From: Octopus vulgaris
Taxonomy: Eukaryota
Direction: 5' to 3'
Assembly: GCA_951406725.2 (NCBI GenBank)
Contig: OX597820.1
Location: 90,706,001 to 90,770,000, forward strand
Length of the DNA stretch: 64,000 nucleotides
Shown: positions 1-12,967 of the stretch, piece after piece
Layout of the letters: each line of letters begins with the position of its first letter
How positions within the stretch are numbered: position 1 is the first letter of the stretch
Made by a program: the position numbers and the translations under genes
The notes under the pieces: model-generated
What the model was told of the DNA's origin: nothing
The model's database searches: none
What the model saw: only the letters and a program-made list of their open reading frames with translations

Positions 1-229
1 TAAGTCACACATCTAAAACCATAAAAGTTAACTATAATTTATTGAGAATCTAATATGTATAGACTTATATGTTAAGTAGTCTTAGCAAACATAATTTGAG
101 TTACTAAAAACATAGTGTAAGGTGTTCACAATCCAACGCAACATGAATATCAAAAACCTAAATTATAATCATTGTATATTATAGATAATTATGATACATC
201 TAATAGATAGATGGAGAAGGTAAACAAAC

Positions 230-950
230 GGGAGTTGAAATTGAAAGTGACAAAAGCCTTCCGTTCCACGATGCAACAATCAACTGTACATCATAGCTAA
301 AGCTCCGAATTTGAATAAGTATATTTACTTGAATACAATGAGTAACTACCAGAATTACTTTTAAAGTACTTCATATACTATAAATCTTAACCACTTGGCT
401 GTGATAATGCTGCATACCTCCTTGGAGAGTTTTGTCCAATAGATATCACAGATATCATATATATATACATAAGGCTCTAAAAGACAGTGTATTTAGCGAG
501 GAAATAACCTATACACCTGTCACCAGTCCAATAATAAAGAAAAGGAAACATAGGAATAGGGAGACTATCTGGTTCACAATCTCCCTACTCCCACAGAATT
601 GACCTTTAATATAGGTAAGTATTTCTTAGCACTGATAGATAGACATTTTCCAGTCAGCCATAGTTACAGAAAGCTCTTCAATAGACATGACTTAAATATT
701 ATTTGCAGCTCGACTACTAATTATAAAAATATAATCGCACACAACACAGAAAAGCCACAAAATCAAACCAGCTGTTCATACAGGGATAAAAGTTTCTACC
801 CGCTAAATAGAGATTGCATGCCCGAGACCAAAATTTAGGAAGCCACCGTAGACTCTACAACCACTAAGGGCACAGTTTCGACAAAGAAATATGTGGGCCT
901 TACAGAAGCGAATTTCAACGCCAGCTTCAACTATCACACCTTGAGCTGTG
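230..950 (+). mobile_element. Decayed Penelope-like element: RT C-terminal/linker region and start of GIY-YIG endonuclease
   Basis: Frameshifted translation gives RNRETIWF..PYSHRLTFNIGKYFLALIDRHFPVSHSYRKLFNRH (ORF 599-838), then a degenerate Cys linker, KI*EATV and KKYVGLTEANF (GIY-YIG-like). Upstream EIESDKSLPFHDATI resembles the PLE RT 'LPFLD' motif. Confidence 0.7.
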
Positions 951-1211
951 TGTTTCATGTGAGTCTGAGTGAGCATATGCATATACGCTCATGTGCGTGG
1001 GTGTGCGTTAGCGCTTGAGTATGTATGTAATGCACGCATACGCGATTGCTATGAGCATTTTCATTCCTTTACTTTTCACTTCCCCCCCTTCGGTTTTTTC
1101 CCTCATTTAACAGTCATTCTAACAGTTCTTTTGTTTGTCTTAATAACGGTCAATTACATAGTGATTTCACTTTGTTTAACGGTCATTTTCATAGATTATT
1201 TTGATTGCCTC

Positions 1212-1360
1212 GATAACTGAAGAGATGCCGGTGCAGGTTTCCCCGCCAACATCCGAATATCATGGCAACCGAATAATTGTCACATATTATATTACATATA
1301 AATTCCTCTATTTGCATAATATCGAGGTATCTTTCATTCTTTTGATATCTTAACACTACT
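1212..1360 (+). repeat. PLE terminal-repeat-like segment with a truncated hammerhead motif; same family as 9156 and 33781
   Basis: GATAA-CTGAAGA-GATG...CATC-C-GAA, then a deletion that removes stem III. The downstream sequence (atcatggcaaccgaataattgtcacatattata...) aligns with 9214-9320. Confidence 0.6.
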
Positions 1361-1827
1361 ATTAATCATGGCCTACCTAGTTTCAATGTTGTTAATGATG
1401 TCATACCAAATAGACCAAAAAGAACAATATCTTATCTCTTCTTCATTTCCGCCTATAAAAAATCTTAGACTTTCCTCTTTCTCTTTTTCTTCCCATTCTT
1501 TTCTCTCATGTCTTGCTCTACGTATCCTTAGAAGACATTTCCTTTTTGCTAACCGAATTATGTTAGCCATTAAACTATTTTATATTCGCCACAATAGTAT
1601 GCTATTGTATAGCTCTGACTCACTACACTTTTGCCGTCTTCCCAACATTAACCCAAAAAAGGGATGTTTAATATAGAATTAATGTTTAATATAGTCGTTT
1701 CCTTCCATATTTTCGAGAGAAGCCACTTACTAGAGAAGCTGTAGCTCAAAGGTTTTAGGGTCTGAAGAAAGGCTGTAAAGCTAAGTGCTTTAAGGACAGC
1801 AGTCCAAGAGTAACTGCATAGACCAGG

Positions 1828-1888
<61 letters not shown>

Positions 1889-1891
1889 ACG

Positions 1892-1925
<34 letters not shown>

Positions 1926-2349
1926 TCTATCTATCTATAAATCTATCTATTCACATACAGAGACATATATGCATACATATAAGTATATATACATACATAT
2001 ATATATATATGCATATATATACATGAGTATGTGTGTGTCTGTGAGTGTCTTCTTATTCGAAGACAAAAGCACCGGGTATTGCGACTAAACTGGAAAACAC
2101 TATGTTGGGAAGGGAACTTCTTACCACACTGCCATGCCTGCACTTAGTATACATAGACACACACATATATGTATATGTGTCGGTCTCTTTCCTTTATCAA
2201 AAGCCAATTCCATGAGAATTGCCACTGAAAAGGTGACAACGCTGGTGGTTCTCCAGTGTGGTCACAGCATTTGAGCTGAAACATAAAAGAACAAAAACCT
2301 TGTTAGTGGTCATTGTATGTGTATGTGTATTGATAGATAGATAGATAGT

Positions 2350-2420
<71 letters not shown>

Positions 2421-3159
2421 ATAGATGGATGGATGGATATAGCCGGTCTACCGGGTCACCCTTCGTTTTATGACCACAAAGCGGTTAGTTTTACAGCGTT
2501 TCTGCAAACTCTAAACTCGTGGCTTCTCTATCAAGTGACCCCTCTAGGAAATGGAGGAGGAAAAGACTTCGTAGCTCTCCAGACAACACTGGATTATCTC
2601 CCTTTGACCTTTATTCGTAATTGACCCTGTTAGTGTGTAGCTCCCAGAACGCCAGCAGAAATTTCGTGAAGAACGAGCTGAGTACGAAGACCTCCATCAT
2701 GCATGTTCCATGGATCGAGGGAGTCTTTTGATATTCTCTTCCGTTCGCCTATGCAGTTCACAACTCTTGATCCTATTTATTATGGGACCTGGATTTTCTA
2801 GGATAACGCGTGGAGTTCCGTCGTCTTTCACCCGCCATACATGGCTGGCTAAGCGTATCTCCTTTCCGAGTGTCTGTTGTTGGAGATGCGTTGTGTGAAC
2901 GTGTTACCGGAACATCCAACATCCGTGTGTGGATGTTGGCGTGCTGTTTCTTTTGATGTTGACGTTCCTGCTTCCGCTCTTTTGCTACTGGTGTTGGTGC
3001 TGTCGTCGTTAAAGCTGTTGTTAGCTTTGGTGCTGGTGTCCATGCCGTTAATATTGGAGTATGGGATATCTGTGGTGGCTCTTTTCTTGGTGTTATAGCC
3101 AACTTCAATGGTGTTTTTGGAGCGCCTGAATACGATGCCGGTCCGTCATAGGTGAGCTG

Positions 3160-3308
3160 TTAGTTGCAGGAGGAAAGAGTGAGAGAAAGTTATGGCGAAT
3201 GAGTCAGCAGACGTTCACCATTACCTTCTGCCGGAGCCGTCTGGAGCTTAAATGTTTCGGTCTTAAACACACTCATTGCCCGGTCTGAGATTCGAACCCA
3301 CGATCTTA
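3160..3308 (-). mobile_element. tRNA-derived SINE fragment (same head family as 36669 and 60298)
   Basis: Reverse strand carries a B-box-like GGTTCGAATCTC followed by agaccgggc...; aligns by eye with the 36669 copy. Confidence 0.6.
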
Positions 3309-3311
3309 GGC

Positions 3312-3497
3312 AGGACAAACAAAGGGATGAAGCTGATTACATTGACCCCAATACGTTAACTGGTACTTATTTAATCGACCCCGAATGGATGAAAGGCAAA
3401 GCCGACCTCGACGGAATTTGAACTCAGAACCTAACGGCAGACAAAATACTGTTAAGTATTTCGCCCGGCATACTAACGTTTCTGCCAGCTTACCGCC
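3312..3497 (-). mobile_element. tRNA-derived SINE with Nin/Deu-like central domain
   Basis: Reverse strand reads ggcggtaagctggcagaaacgttag...gagttcaaattccgtcgaggtcggctttgcctttcatccattcggggtcgattaaataagtaccag; near-identical to the copies at 15244 and 31847. Confidence 0.8.
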
Positions 3498-3500
3498 TTA

Positions 3501-3570
<70 letters not shown>

Positions 3571-4099
3571 CATATGTATCAAATGAATAAAATACCCATA
3601 CACATGCAGGCGCAAACACGCATTTGTAGGTATGCTTACATATCATAGAAAGACAAAATGGAATAAGCTGAACAAGACGAGACACATGTGATAGGGCCTC
3701 ATTGAGGTGTGTGACGAAAGATATTTGACAAAGAAACTAAAATATCAAATGTACAGTGCTTGTTTGATTGGCAAAATATGACCCTCCTCAAATATACCAA
3801 TATATATTTGTATATTTATAAGTATGCACCACACACAAACACACACGCACACACGTGCACACACACACACACACAAACACACAAGCAAGGATGTACTCTT
3901 AGAATCTAATTTGTAAAGTATTGTGCTTTGTTGAGATGTTGCATTATATAATGTGGTCAAATAAATAACTGAAAACTATAAAGATTATTGGAAAAACAAA
4001 TGTGGTTTCATATATTCAAACGGCTGTAAATGTGCGTCGGTAAAACGCATGATTTCTATGGATGCACATCTATGAGCATATATCGTTATACGTACACAC

Positions 4100-4156
<57 letters not shown>

Positions 4157-4747
4157 GTCTTATACAAACGCAGGCACATATGTACATATACATAAATATT
4201 ACACAGGTCCTTTGATGCTAAAACTACTGGGAAAAGAAAGGTTATTAAGTATAACCAATCTATATTCACTCAACAAACACTTCCCAGGTAGTCATGTGTT
4301 TCAAAAAAGTTTAACGAAAATTACTTCAAAGTAATTTATTCCTGCTCGAATAATTTCCTAATTTTCCATCATTCTTAGGCAGGTGTATCTTTCTCCCGCA
4401 CATGGTGCTGCTCTCTTAACTGGAAAGCATACTTTTTATACCATAATTTTTTTCACGAAAATGCTGTTTACTATGCCAATAATTCCACTATTGTTGACAA
4501 GGACAGATAGTAATCTATAGGCATAAACGAGTTCCATATCAATTTGTATTCTCTATAGGATTGACCAGGAAGATATATCAAAATCGCTATTTCGAAATAC
4601 ATCTAGAATTCAAAGGATTGCCTCAATTTATCCGAAAATCTCAATATATTTGGATAAATCCTCGACTTATTGAATAGAAAATTAGATTTGTTTTATTCAT
4701 GTCTCGACCAAACGATGTTTGTTCTACAATCCTTCAGCATACCCACA

Positions 4748-4890
4748 GTGAAGGCACATGGACTAGTTAGTTGTTAGAGTGTTTGGACTCACATTCGCCA
4801 AATCGTGGTTCGATTCTCGGACCGGGCGGCGTGCTTTGTACTTGAGCGAAACACATCCTTTCACGTTCCTCCAGTAATGTGTTTGGTCCG
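4748..4890 (+). mobile_element. Old tRNA-derived SINE (same family as 35914-36183)
   Basis: gtgaaggcacatgg head, B-box-like GGTTCGATTCTC, and a core-like tgtacttgagcgaaacac...ttcacgttcctccagt. Confidence 0.6.
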
Positions 4891-5462
4891 TAAAAGGCGA
4901 CTACAAGAGATTGTGGTAGGAGTTGCACACCGATCTTGCAAAGCCTCAACAGCGACGACAATGGAATCAGACTCATGGGTTGAAGAGTTATCGTCTGATT
5001 GGTGCAAAGGTAGTATCCATCAACAAATGGTGGATACAGTTACGCCTGTTACAGCACATAGCACCATACTACTATTACCACCCATTATACATGATTTTAT
5101 TAACTCTAGAGTTTATCATTCGTCTGACATGTAGCCTTCCAGCATGCACACATTTGCCTCTTTACCTACATTCCTCAACCCATTTATACAACACTCCGCC
5201 CTATAAACATATGACCTTATAAGACTGACCCGTCCATACATGCTAAATTTGCATCTCTTACTCTCTTTTCACATTCCAGGTTTTTTACAAAATGCTTCAC
5301 TCATATTCTGTTTGCATTTAACCCACTTCTTTATATATGCCACATTTCCCTCAAACCTCTTTTTATATAAACTACTAATCCCTTTTCTTTTTATTTAAGT
5401 GTATATCCCCACACACATGTGCGGGCACTTACAGATCCACACATATACGCACAAACATACAC

Positions 5463-5495
<33 letters not shown>

Positions 5496-6224
5496 TGTAT
5501 GTATGTATGTATGTATGTATGTATGTATGTATGTATGTATGTATGTATGTATGTATGTATGAATGTATATGCCTTGCTGTTTGTAACAACGCATTGCTCT
5601 AACATATGTAGATAAATACATGTATGTGTATGTATGTAAATACGTATCGATGTACATACATATTTATGCTGTTTATAAATTAAAACCGATATATGTATAT
5701 CGACGTGTATGGAATTGAATGAGCACATCCGTCTGTTCGATAAGCAATAAGATGTATTTTGCCGTTCTGCCTTTCAATGCCATAGATATAAATCCATTTA
5801 ATATATATAATTTCATATTTAGATATTTTAAATTTTAGATTTTATTTAATTGTATGAAGCAATATATCAACAAAGATCATTATTTACAAATTTACGCATA
5901 CTTGATTTTATTTATACATTGCTTTCTGTGTAAATACATATGTGTGTATGTGAGTGTGTATGAGGAGGATTGTGTATGTGTGTGTATATATATATACACA
6001 CATACATACAAGCATATATAAAAACACTTTTATGTTGTATTTACACACATAAGTATACCGTGCATGTATATATATATATATATATATGTAATTATAAGCA
6101 CATGCACACCTTCGCATTCCCACATTCAGACACACACATACACGCGCACACACGCACATGTGTGTATTTATGTATGTGTACAGGTATGTATGTATTTATG
6201 TATGTGCATGTATGCATATTTGTG

Positions 6225-7256
6225 CAAGGTGCTCGGGCTAAATTTTACGATATTTCGTTATTTCTCCTTTATTTTGGAATGGCTTCAGCTAAAGGCAAAC
6301 AGTCAACGGCATTGGAGAGCATAAAGATTGGCATAGACGACTTGAAGCTATTTTATATTGGAAAGGAGTTATTTGTATCATTATCATTCGTGTCGTGCAT
6401 CATAGTGCCGACATCATGGCTGCTTAATACTCTGTACATACTGCATCAGCTGTAAAAAAGTGAGACGGACAGCTGCAACAGAGACTACGTAGTCGTATAA
6501 CCAGGAACAAAGGACGCAGCAGGCATTCTGACTGTGTCCTTACGCCGTAATTCGTCCATCAGCTGCAGAACAAGTTCACGGATAATGCGAGCAAGGCAAA
6601 CCGCGCTTTGGCAAGAGATAGATGTAGGAGTTGTCATCCTGAAACTAGACCGCCATGAATGAGGGCTGTTGTTGACATTCCTACGAGATGTGCAATCCAG
6701 GTGATATCACGCGTATCATGAAACAAAGTTCCCCGAAACTGTAATGGTCTTTGGACATGACTCCACTGAGAGGGACATCATACAACCCAGCACCTTCGAA
6801 CTGGGTCTTAGCCTCAATTCAGGAGGTTATGTGCAGCTGTTGGAGACTGGAATCAAACCCTGGCTGGTGCGTGTTGCTACTGGAAGGCCATATATGTGGC
6901 AGAAGGATTCAGCTCCTTGCCATACCTCCGGAATGAGTCAGAAGTTGTCGTCAGGGAATTGATCTGACTTTACCAGCCCCTTTTTTTCTGGCCTCCTAAC
7001 ACCGCTGATTGTGATCCTATGTAGCGCATAGTTGAGAAAGACACTAACCACACTGCATGCAACACCGTGACCTAGCTGGTGACTAACATACATTGAGGAA
7101 CGCAGTTCATTTTGGGGCCGTATTCGAAGCTGAAGGCAACTACGTTGAATAAACTGTTACCTCCCAGCCAGATTCTTGTTTCAAAATACATCTGTTTTGA
7201 AAGCGATATTTTTTCTTTACCTTTTCAGCAAATTGTCAAATTTATCCCCAACCCCC

Positions 7257-7258
<2 letters not shown>
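6225..7258 (+). mobile_element. Decayed Tc1/mariner DNA transposon (DD37D/maT-like)
   Basis: Translation KFPETVMVFG...GLSLNSGGYVQLLETGIKPWLVRVATGRPYMWQKDSAPCHTS...WPPNTADCDPM shows the catalytic-domain motifs. Degenerate ~30-bp TIRs at 6225-6255 and 7230-7258; right end abuts (TA)n. Confidence 0.8.
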
Positions 7259-7319
<61 letters not shown>

Positions 7320-7323
<4 letters not shown>

Positions 7324-8154
7324 TTATCAGTAATAATATGGTTATCAGTAATAATATATTATTATATTAATTAATTTGGAATAATCATTAATTTCACCAA
7401 GTAGATTTCGGCATGTAAAAGCCTCATTCGAGGAAAGTTTAAGTAATACTAAGTAATTAAGGGTTTAGCAACGATTTACCTCACCACACACCGAATTTAG
7501 AAATAGCAGTCAAAGAGTTATAGCTATTCTTTCTACTAAAAGGAGATCTCAGTAAAACCACAGCACTTGAAAGGCAAACACAGACAGGCAAGAGAGAAAA
7601 AAATGACGGCAATCTATCATACAATTTTAAGTCACCTACGGACGTACGTTTCAAAATTAAGTTTTAGGAAAGCATAAGAATTAGATAATTATGTCTTACC
7701 CAACTTCTTTTCTCATCAGCGTAAGGACACTACAATTATGAATAATTGTATATTAAATTTCGAGGTACTAGAAGGCATCATCTCAACACAGTATCAGAGC
7801 GAGCTAAAGCCGTTACCAGTATCACCAAATTCAAAGTGTGAATGAAAGTTTGTGTCACCAACCCCCTCCCACCAGCGTGCAGCCAAGACAAGATGTTGTG
7901 GTCATTTACTGGGATGAAATATGGTTATCAGTAATAATATAGGGTGAAATTAATTAATTTGGAATAATCATTAATTTCACCAAGTAGATTTCGGCATGTA
8001 AAAGCCTCATTCGAGGAAAGTTTAAGTAATACTAAGTAATTAAGGGTTTAGCAACGATTTGCCTCACCACACACCGAATTTAGAAATAGCAGTCAAAGAG
8101 TTATAGCTATTCTTTCTACTAAAAGGAGATCTCAGTAAAACCACAGCACTTGAA
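7320..8154 (-). mobile_element. Non-coding hammerhead-containing element, 583-bp unit in ~1.4 tandem copies (retrozyme-like or PLE pLTR)
   Basis: Near-identical direct repeats 7338-7571 and 7921-8154 (constant offset 583) flank a type I hammerhead. No ORF of 60 aa or more lies within the unit. Confidence 0.7.
7631..7728 (-). ncRNA. Type I hammerhead ribozyme with palindromic stem III
   Basis: Minus strand: gtcCTTACG-CTGATGA-[long stem II gaaaagaagttggg...cctaaaacttaatttt]-GAAA-CGTACG-TC^CGTAGGtgac. Core CUGAUGA, GAAA and GUC are intact; stem I is CTTACG/CGTAGG. Predicted cleavage between 7641 and 7640. Confidence 0.8.
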
Positions 8155-8286
8155 TGTCACAGCACTAGTGACATTTGTGTGTGTGTGTATGCGTATATAT
8201 ATGTAAATGCAAATCTATCTATAGCTATCTATCTATCTATCTATCTATCTAACCTATGTGTCTGTCTGTCTATCTATCTATTTCTA

Positions 8287-8358
<72 letters not shown>

Positions 8359-8399
8359 TAATCTTTCTCAACTAAACATAGGCCAAACGGACCCAACCT

Positions 8400-8790
8400 T
8401 AATAACTCCGAGGAAAATTAAATATAGGAATGCAAATAATTGTAATTGTAAGGTCTCCGAATTATGTCCGCTCGTTAGATTTTGTTTACGAAAAAAAAAC
8501 CTAATTTATAAATGTAACTTGGTTAATGACAAATATCAAATAATTGTATGCACTATAGATTTTAAGAGACGATAGCGAACCCATTTAAATTCTTTCAGCA
8601 AGCTAAAATACAAAACCTCAATGGCATTAGCTAGATACATACATGATTTAAAATTACAGAAGACCAATTACATATGCGATTATGGGCAGATGTAGTGTGC
8701 ATAAAAGAATCATACCCTATCATTCACCTGTATAAATCTACCGAATTAAATAAATTTTCCGACGCTATTCATTCGTGAAACCTCAAATGC
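8400..8790 (+). mobile_element. PLE GIY-YIG endonuclease remnant
   Basis: NCNCKVSELCPLVRFCLRKKNLIYKC...FKRR*RTHLNSF..KYKTSMALARYIHDLK shows the Cys linker and GIY-YIG of PLEs, with stops. Confidence 0.75.
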
Positions 8791-9046
8791 TACTCACATT
8801 TCATGATTCGCTTTAACCCCAATGTACACAGCAATAACCTTTGTAATTCACGTCGCACAACTTAAAAACCTATTGGCTATAACAGCGTATTGCCAATATA
8901 AATATGAGTTTTAATAAAGACAGTAATGTAATTTTTACTCCCATAATTTTTACAGCCCTCATAAAGACTTCCATTATTTGAATAGTTATATCTGTTCTAT
9001 AAAAACTCACACCTTAACATAATATAATATATATGATATTTTTATT

Positions 9047-9083
<37 letters not shown>

Positions 9084-9155
9084 ATATTTCGGAATGGTCA
9101 TTTACAACAAATATTTAAACGTATATATATATATATATGCATATATCGATGGCCC

Positions 9156-9216
9156 GAAAACTGAAGAGATGGCGGCGTGGATTTCCGCCCCAACATCCGA
9201 AATTCGGAGTTTTATC
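9156..9216 (+). ncRNA. Degenerate type I hammerhead motif in a PLE terminal repeat
   Basis: GAAAA-CTGAAGA-GATG...CATC-C-GAAA-TTCGGAG-TT^TTATC; stem I pairs 4 of 5 and stem III is near-palindromic. Lies downstream of the GIY-YIG remnant on the same strand. Confidence 0.55.
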
Positions 9217-9339
9217 ATGGCTACCGAATAATTTTCACATATTATATTTACAGATAAATTCCTCTATTTACATTATATCAAGGTCTCTTTCATTCTTTTG
9301 TTGTCTTACCATTTTCATCAATATGTGTGTGTGTGTGTG

Positions 9340-10144
9340 TGTGTGTGTCTGGTATCTTTTGTACCTTTTTGTATACCCCCTTATATACTCCACGGGTTTT
9401 AGATAAGTTTACCTGATACAGAAATATATATCATATTTTTTTTAGCATTCAATATTTGATTTTCATTCACTGGAAAATGTGTATCCCTATTTCGATAGAA
9501 TCATGATTTAATTATAGGCTCATTGTGGAATATTTTTAGCATGACCACCATATTTTTAGCTAGAAAGACGCAGTATGGGGTTTCTCTATTACATAAAGGT
9601 ACCCCACTTTTATTGCTTAGGTTGTTTTACCTATCCTCCGTTTCTTACATTTTTCTTAAAACCTTTTCTAAATGTTCTTATATTAATATATATATTTTAC
9701 TAAGTTCGGATGCATATTTCCCCCGTACTTTTAATTCTCACACTTCGATCTTTTTGTGACCTCTTTTGCTTTCCATTTTAGGCCCCTTTTATTTGATAAT
9801 CACAATATGTAAATCACCCCAGTCCTTCCTCTTTCTAGTATTCACCTATTCTTCTTCTTCTTCTTCTTCTTCTTCTTCTTCTTCTTCTTCTTCTTCTTCT
9901 TCTTCTTCTTTTTTTCTTCTTCTTCTTCTTCTTCTTCTTCTTCTTCTTCTCATTCCTCTTTTTCTTCTTCTCCTTTTTCATCATCTTCTTCTTCTTCTTC
10001 TTCTTTTTCTCCTTTTTCTTCTTCTTCTTCTTCTTCTTCTTCTACATCTTCTACATCTTCTTCTTCTTCTTCTTTTCCTTCTTCTTCTTCTTCTTCTTCT
10101 TCTTCTTCTTCTTCTTCTACATCTTCTTCTCCTTTTCTTCTACA

Positions 10145-10176
<32 letters not shown>

Positions 10177-10560
10177 TTCTTCTCTCACTATATATATCAT
10201 TATCTCACTAGCATCATCTGAGGCATATTCTTTTATGTAGATATGGCTGGTTTTATGGTGCCAGTAAAATAGAGGTAGGGGAGAGTATCTGACATTAATT
10301 AATTCATCACCACCAACAAGAACTTAACTGTCAATTCCAAATGGATTTATTCTAAGGGGATGTAGACTACATGCTGCATTGAATCTTTTGAATGTGATAA
10401 GGATAAAGATGAATGTAGCAATATCACCATTCCTCATTTTTGACCCCGATTATCTTCTTCTTCCACTCTAATTTATAGTAGGTTTTAAGAATTTTTACCT
10501 AAATTCATTCTGGCACAAAAATAGCAAAGAGAAGCAATCTAATTATTTTAGTCTCTAGTA
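9340..10560 (-). mobile_element. Highly decayed PLE-like reverse transcriptase remnant interrupted by a (TTC)n tract
   Basis: Minus-strand fragments resemble PLE RT motifs in the expected order: NLGKN-like (~10500), LPLFYWHHK (~10270), SKIYINI (cf. DFSTLYTNIPH, ~9690) and a GIQKG-like motif (cf. GIPQG, ~9370). Confidence 0.45.
9849..10183. repeat. (TTC)n/(GAA)n polypyrimidine-polypurine tract
   Basis: About 335 bp of imperfect TTC repeats; source of the poly-S/poly-L ORF 9766-10221. Confidence 0.95.
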
Positions 10561-10777
10561 CTGATGAAAAATTTGCTAAAAAATTATAATGGAATATACT
10601 GTATGTTGGAAATCTATATGGTCGTATGCGTCATAGGAAGGCGGTTTATTTCAAGTTGACGTAGTGGAACCGCACGAAACGGCGGCAATGCACTGATACC
10701 TTCACACCCATCTAAATTATTTGCTTTTTTATATATGTATATACATACATATATGTGTGTGTGCGTGTGCGTATGAC

Positions 10778-10830
<53 letters not shown>

Positions 10831-10859
10831 TACATATGCGTAAATACACATATCTACAG

Positions 10860-11052
10860 ACATATGTAAGCATATAGGTATGTATATATGGGTACAGGAT
10901 ATAACAAGACGTAAACAACATGAAATACGAAAATAACGTTGGGTATGCAAAGAACGAGTGAAATACAAATGGAAAACAAGACAAGTAACAAAAAAAAATG
11001 ATACTTCATCAGTTGTCGGCTGTCATTCTACTCCTTATTTCGAGCAATGAAC

Positions 11053-11055
<3 letters not shown>
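10860..11055 (-). repeat. Unclassified interspersed repeat (copies also at 23270-23560 + and 39645-40000 +)
   Basis: Shared blocks gtcgt..attgctcgaaat..g..tagaa..acagccga.aactgat.aag and gtttacgt..tgt.a.atcctgtaccca are recognisable in all three copies (the 23270 copy is more diverged). Confidence 0.6.
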
Positions 11056-11138
<83 letters not shown>

Positions 11139-11869
11139 CAGAGAGAAAGCGAGAGAGAGAGTGAAATGGAACATAAAGGAAACAGGCGACAACAAAACAT
11201 CCGGACAGTTAGACGGTACAAAAAAAAGACAGGAAAAAACTACGACGGGTCATTCGGAGCTTTCTTTCGTCAGTCAAGTACAAGATCGTCGTTGCAGTTT
11301 CGGCCGGTTACTCTCGAGACTGCTTCAATGTGGCCGGCCCCAAGAAAATCTTAGCTAAGTGCACTAGAATCTTTGGAAGAAAGCAAACGAATGTATACTG
11401 AAACAAGGACGAAAAAGAAAGGGTACACAATTACAAATACAAACAACAGGACATTATCAACAGGTATCTTTCGACTAAGGACGAATGAAATTAAGCTGGA
11501 TGTGCGGAAGTGAAGCCTTACGGCAGGAATATAAGACATCAGAGTCAAGCGGAGGAATATATGAGATGCTACACGGATGGTAGTCGAGCCAAGTATGAAA
11601 GGCCAGGCTTGGCGGAACCCCGGTCACGTGGAAGGAGAGGAAAGCGGTAGGGTGCAGTGGAATTGAAGAATTAGGGAGGGACGAGAGATAGAGAGAGAGA
11701 GAAAGAAAGGAAACAGACAGAGTGAGGTAAAGGAGGAGGGAAAGTGATAAGAATGAAAGGAAAACCAAGAAATGTGAGAGAGGGAGAGCGAGAAAAAGAC
11801 AAGTGTAAAGAACGAAGAAAGTGTGAAGGAGGCTAAAAAAAGAGTAAAAGAGTCGTACAGAATTTATAT

Positions 11870-12071
11870 ACTCTTTTAATTGTTTCAGTCATTTGACTGC
11901 GGCCCTGCTGGAGCAACGCCTTTAGTCGAGCAAATCGACCCCGGGACTTATTCTTTGTAAGCCCAGTACTTATTCTATCGGTCTCTTTTGCCGAACCGCT
12001 AAGTGACGGGGACGTAAACACACCAGCATAGGTTGTCAAGCGATGTTGGGGGGACAAACACAGACACACAA

Positions 12072-12148
<77 letters not shown>

Positions 12149-12309
12149 TACGACAGGCTTCTTTCAGTTTCTACCAAATCCACTCACAAGGCATTGGTCG
12201 GCCCGGGGCTATAGCAGAAGACACCTGTCCAAGGTGCCACCCAGTGGGACTCAACCCGGAACCATGTGGTTAGTTAGCAAGCTACTTACCACACAGCTAC
12301 TCCTGCGCC
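11870..12309 (-). mobile_element. tRNA-derived CORE-type SINE with internal microsatellite
   Basis: A box TAGCTGTGTGG, B-box-like GGTTGAGTCCC, CORE-like accttggacaggtgtctt, internal (TA)n/(TG)n, and an aaaagagt tail. Near-identical to 27781 and 50797. Confidence 0.9.
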
Positions 12310-12967
12310 TATATGTATATTATATATACAGAGGGAGAGGATGCGAGAATAGAGGAAAAGCACCCTTCTCAAAAAATTTGCTGGCTGTGTGCTAAAATTT
12401 TAAAGCGCTTATTCTTTTATCTACAGAAATCGTTCATACAATCTTTATTTGTAAAATGCGTGTTTCTGTATGGGACTTCGTAATTTCATTTCAGTTGACA
12501 CTTTCGTTATATACCCTTCTATGAATACGCTACTGTGTACAAATAGATACTTAATGAAATCTAAATTTCCCGCAACTCGTATGTGTATATGTATATATGT
12601 GTATGTGTGTGGTGGGATGCAAACGTATTCACGTTCCTCTTTATTTTTCGTTTAGTATTTGTTTTTCTTGTAACTTTCTTCTCCGTTTAACAGGGGTATT
12701 TGTAAAATCGCTATTTTCTCGTCACATTCTTAATAATAATTTTTATTTGAACATTTCAGAAATAATTATAAGTCACTTGACATATAAATCGAGGTCTCAG
12801 ATTTGAAGCCAATTTGATAACAATCGCCTGCGAATCTCCTGACCCTTGAATCACTCTTGAGCATATGTATTTATGTATGCATGCATGTAAGTGTGTATGT
12901 TTTTATGTATGTGTGTATGTATGCATGTGTACACACACATATATACCACGCAATCGACTAAATTATA

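Noticed and set aside
2433-3150. GC-richer segment with a T/P-rich minus-strand ORF (2773-3108)
   Set aside because: No recognisable domain or convincing splice signals; probably a retroelement ORF1 remnant, but this cannot be supported.
7396-7436. Second hammerhead-like motif in the direct repeats (minus strand CGAATGA-GGC...GCC-GAAA; also at ~7979-8019)
   Set aside because: Stem II is good, but the core deviates at U4 and G5 and no stem I or III pairing could be drawn.
7338-8154. CRISPR array or LTR retrotransposon interpretation of the direct repeats
   Set aside because: Only two long repeats with no spacer array, no TG...CA ends, PBS or PPT, and a eukaryotic context.
11240-11305. CTGACGA / GAAAC motifs on the minus strand (related copy at ~24110-24172)
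   Set aside because: Consistent hammerhead stems could not be built in any topology; kept as an unclassified repeat.
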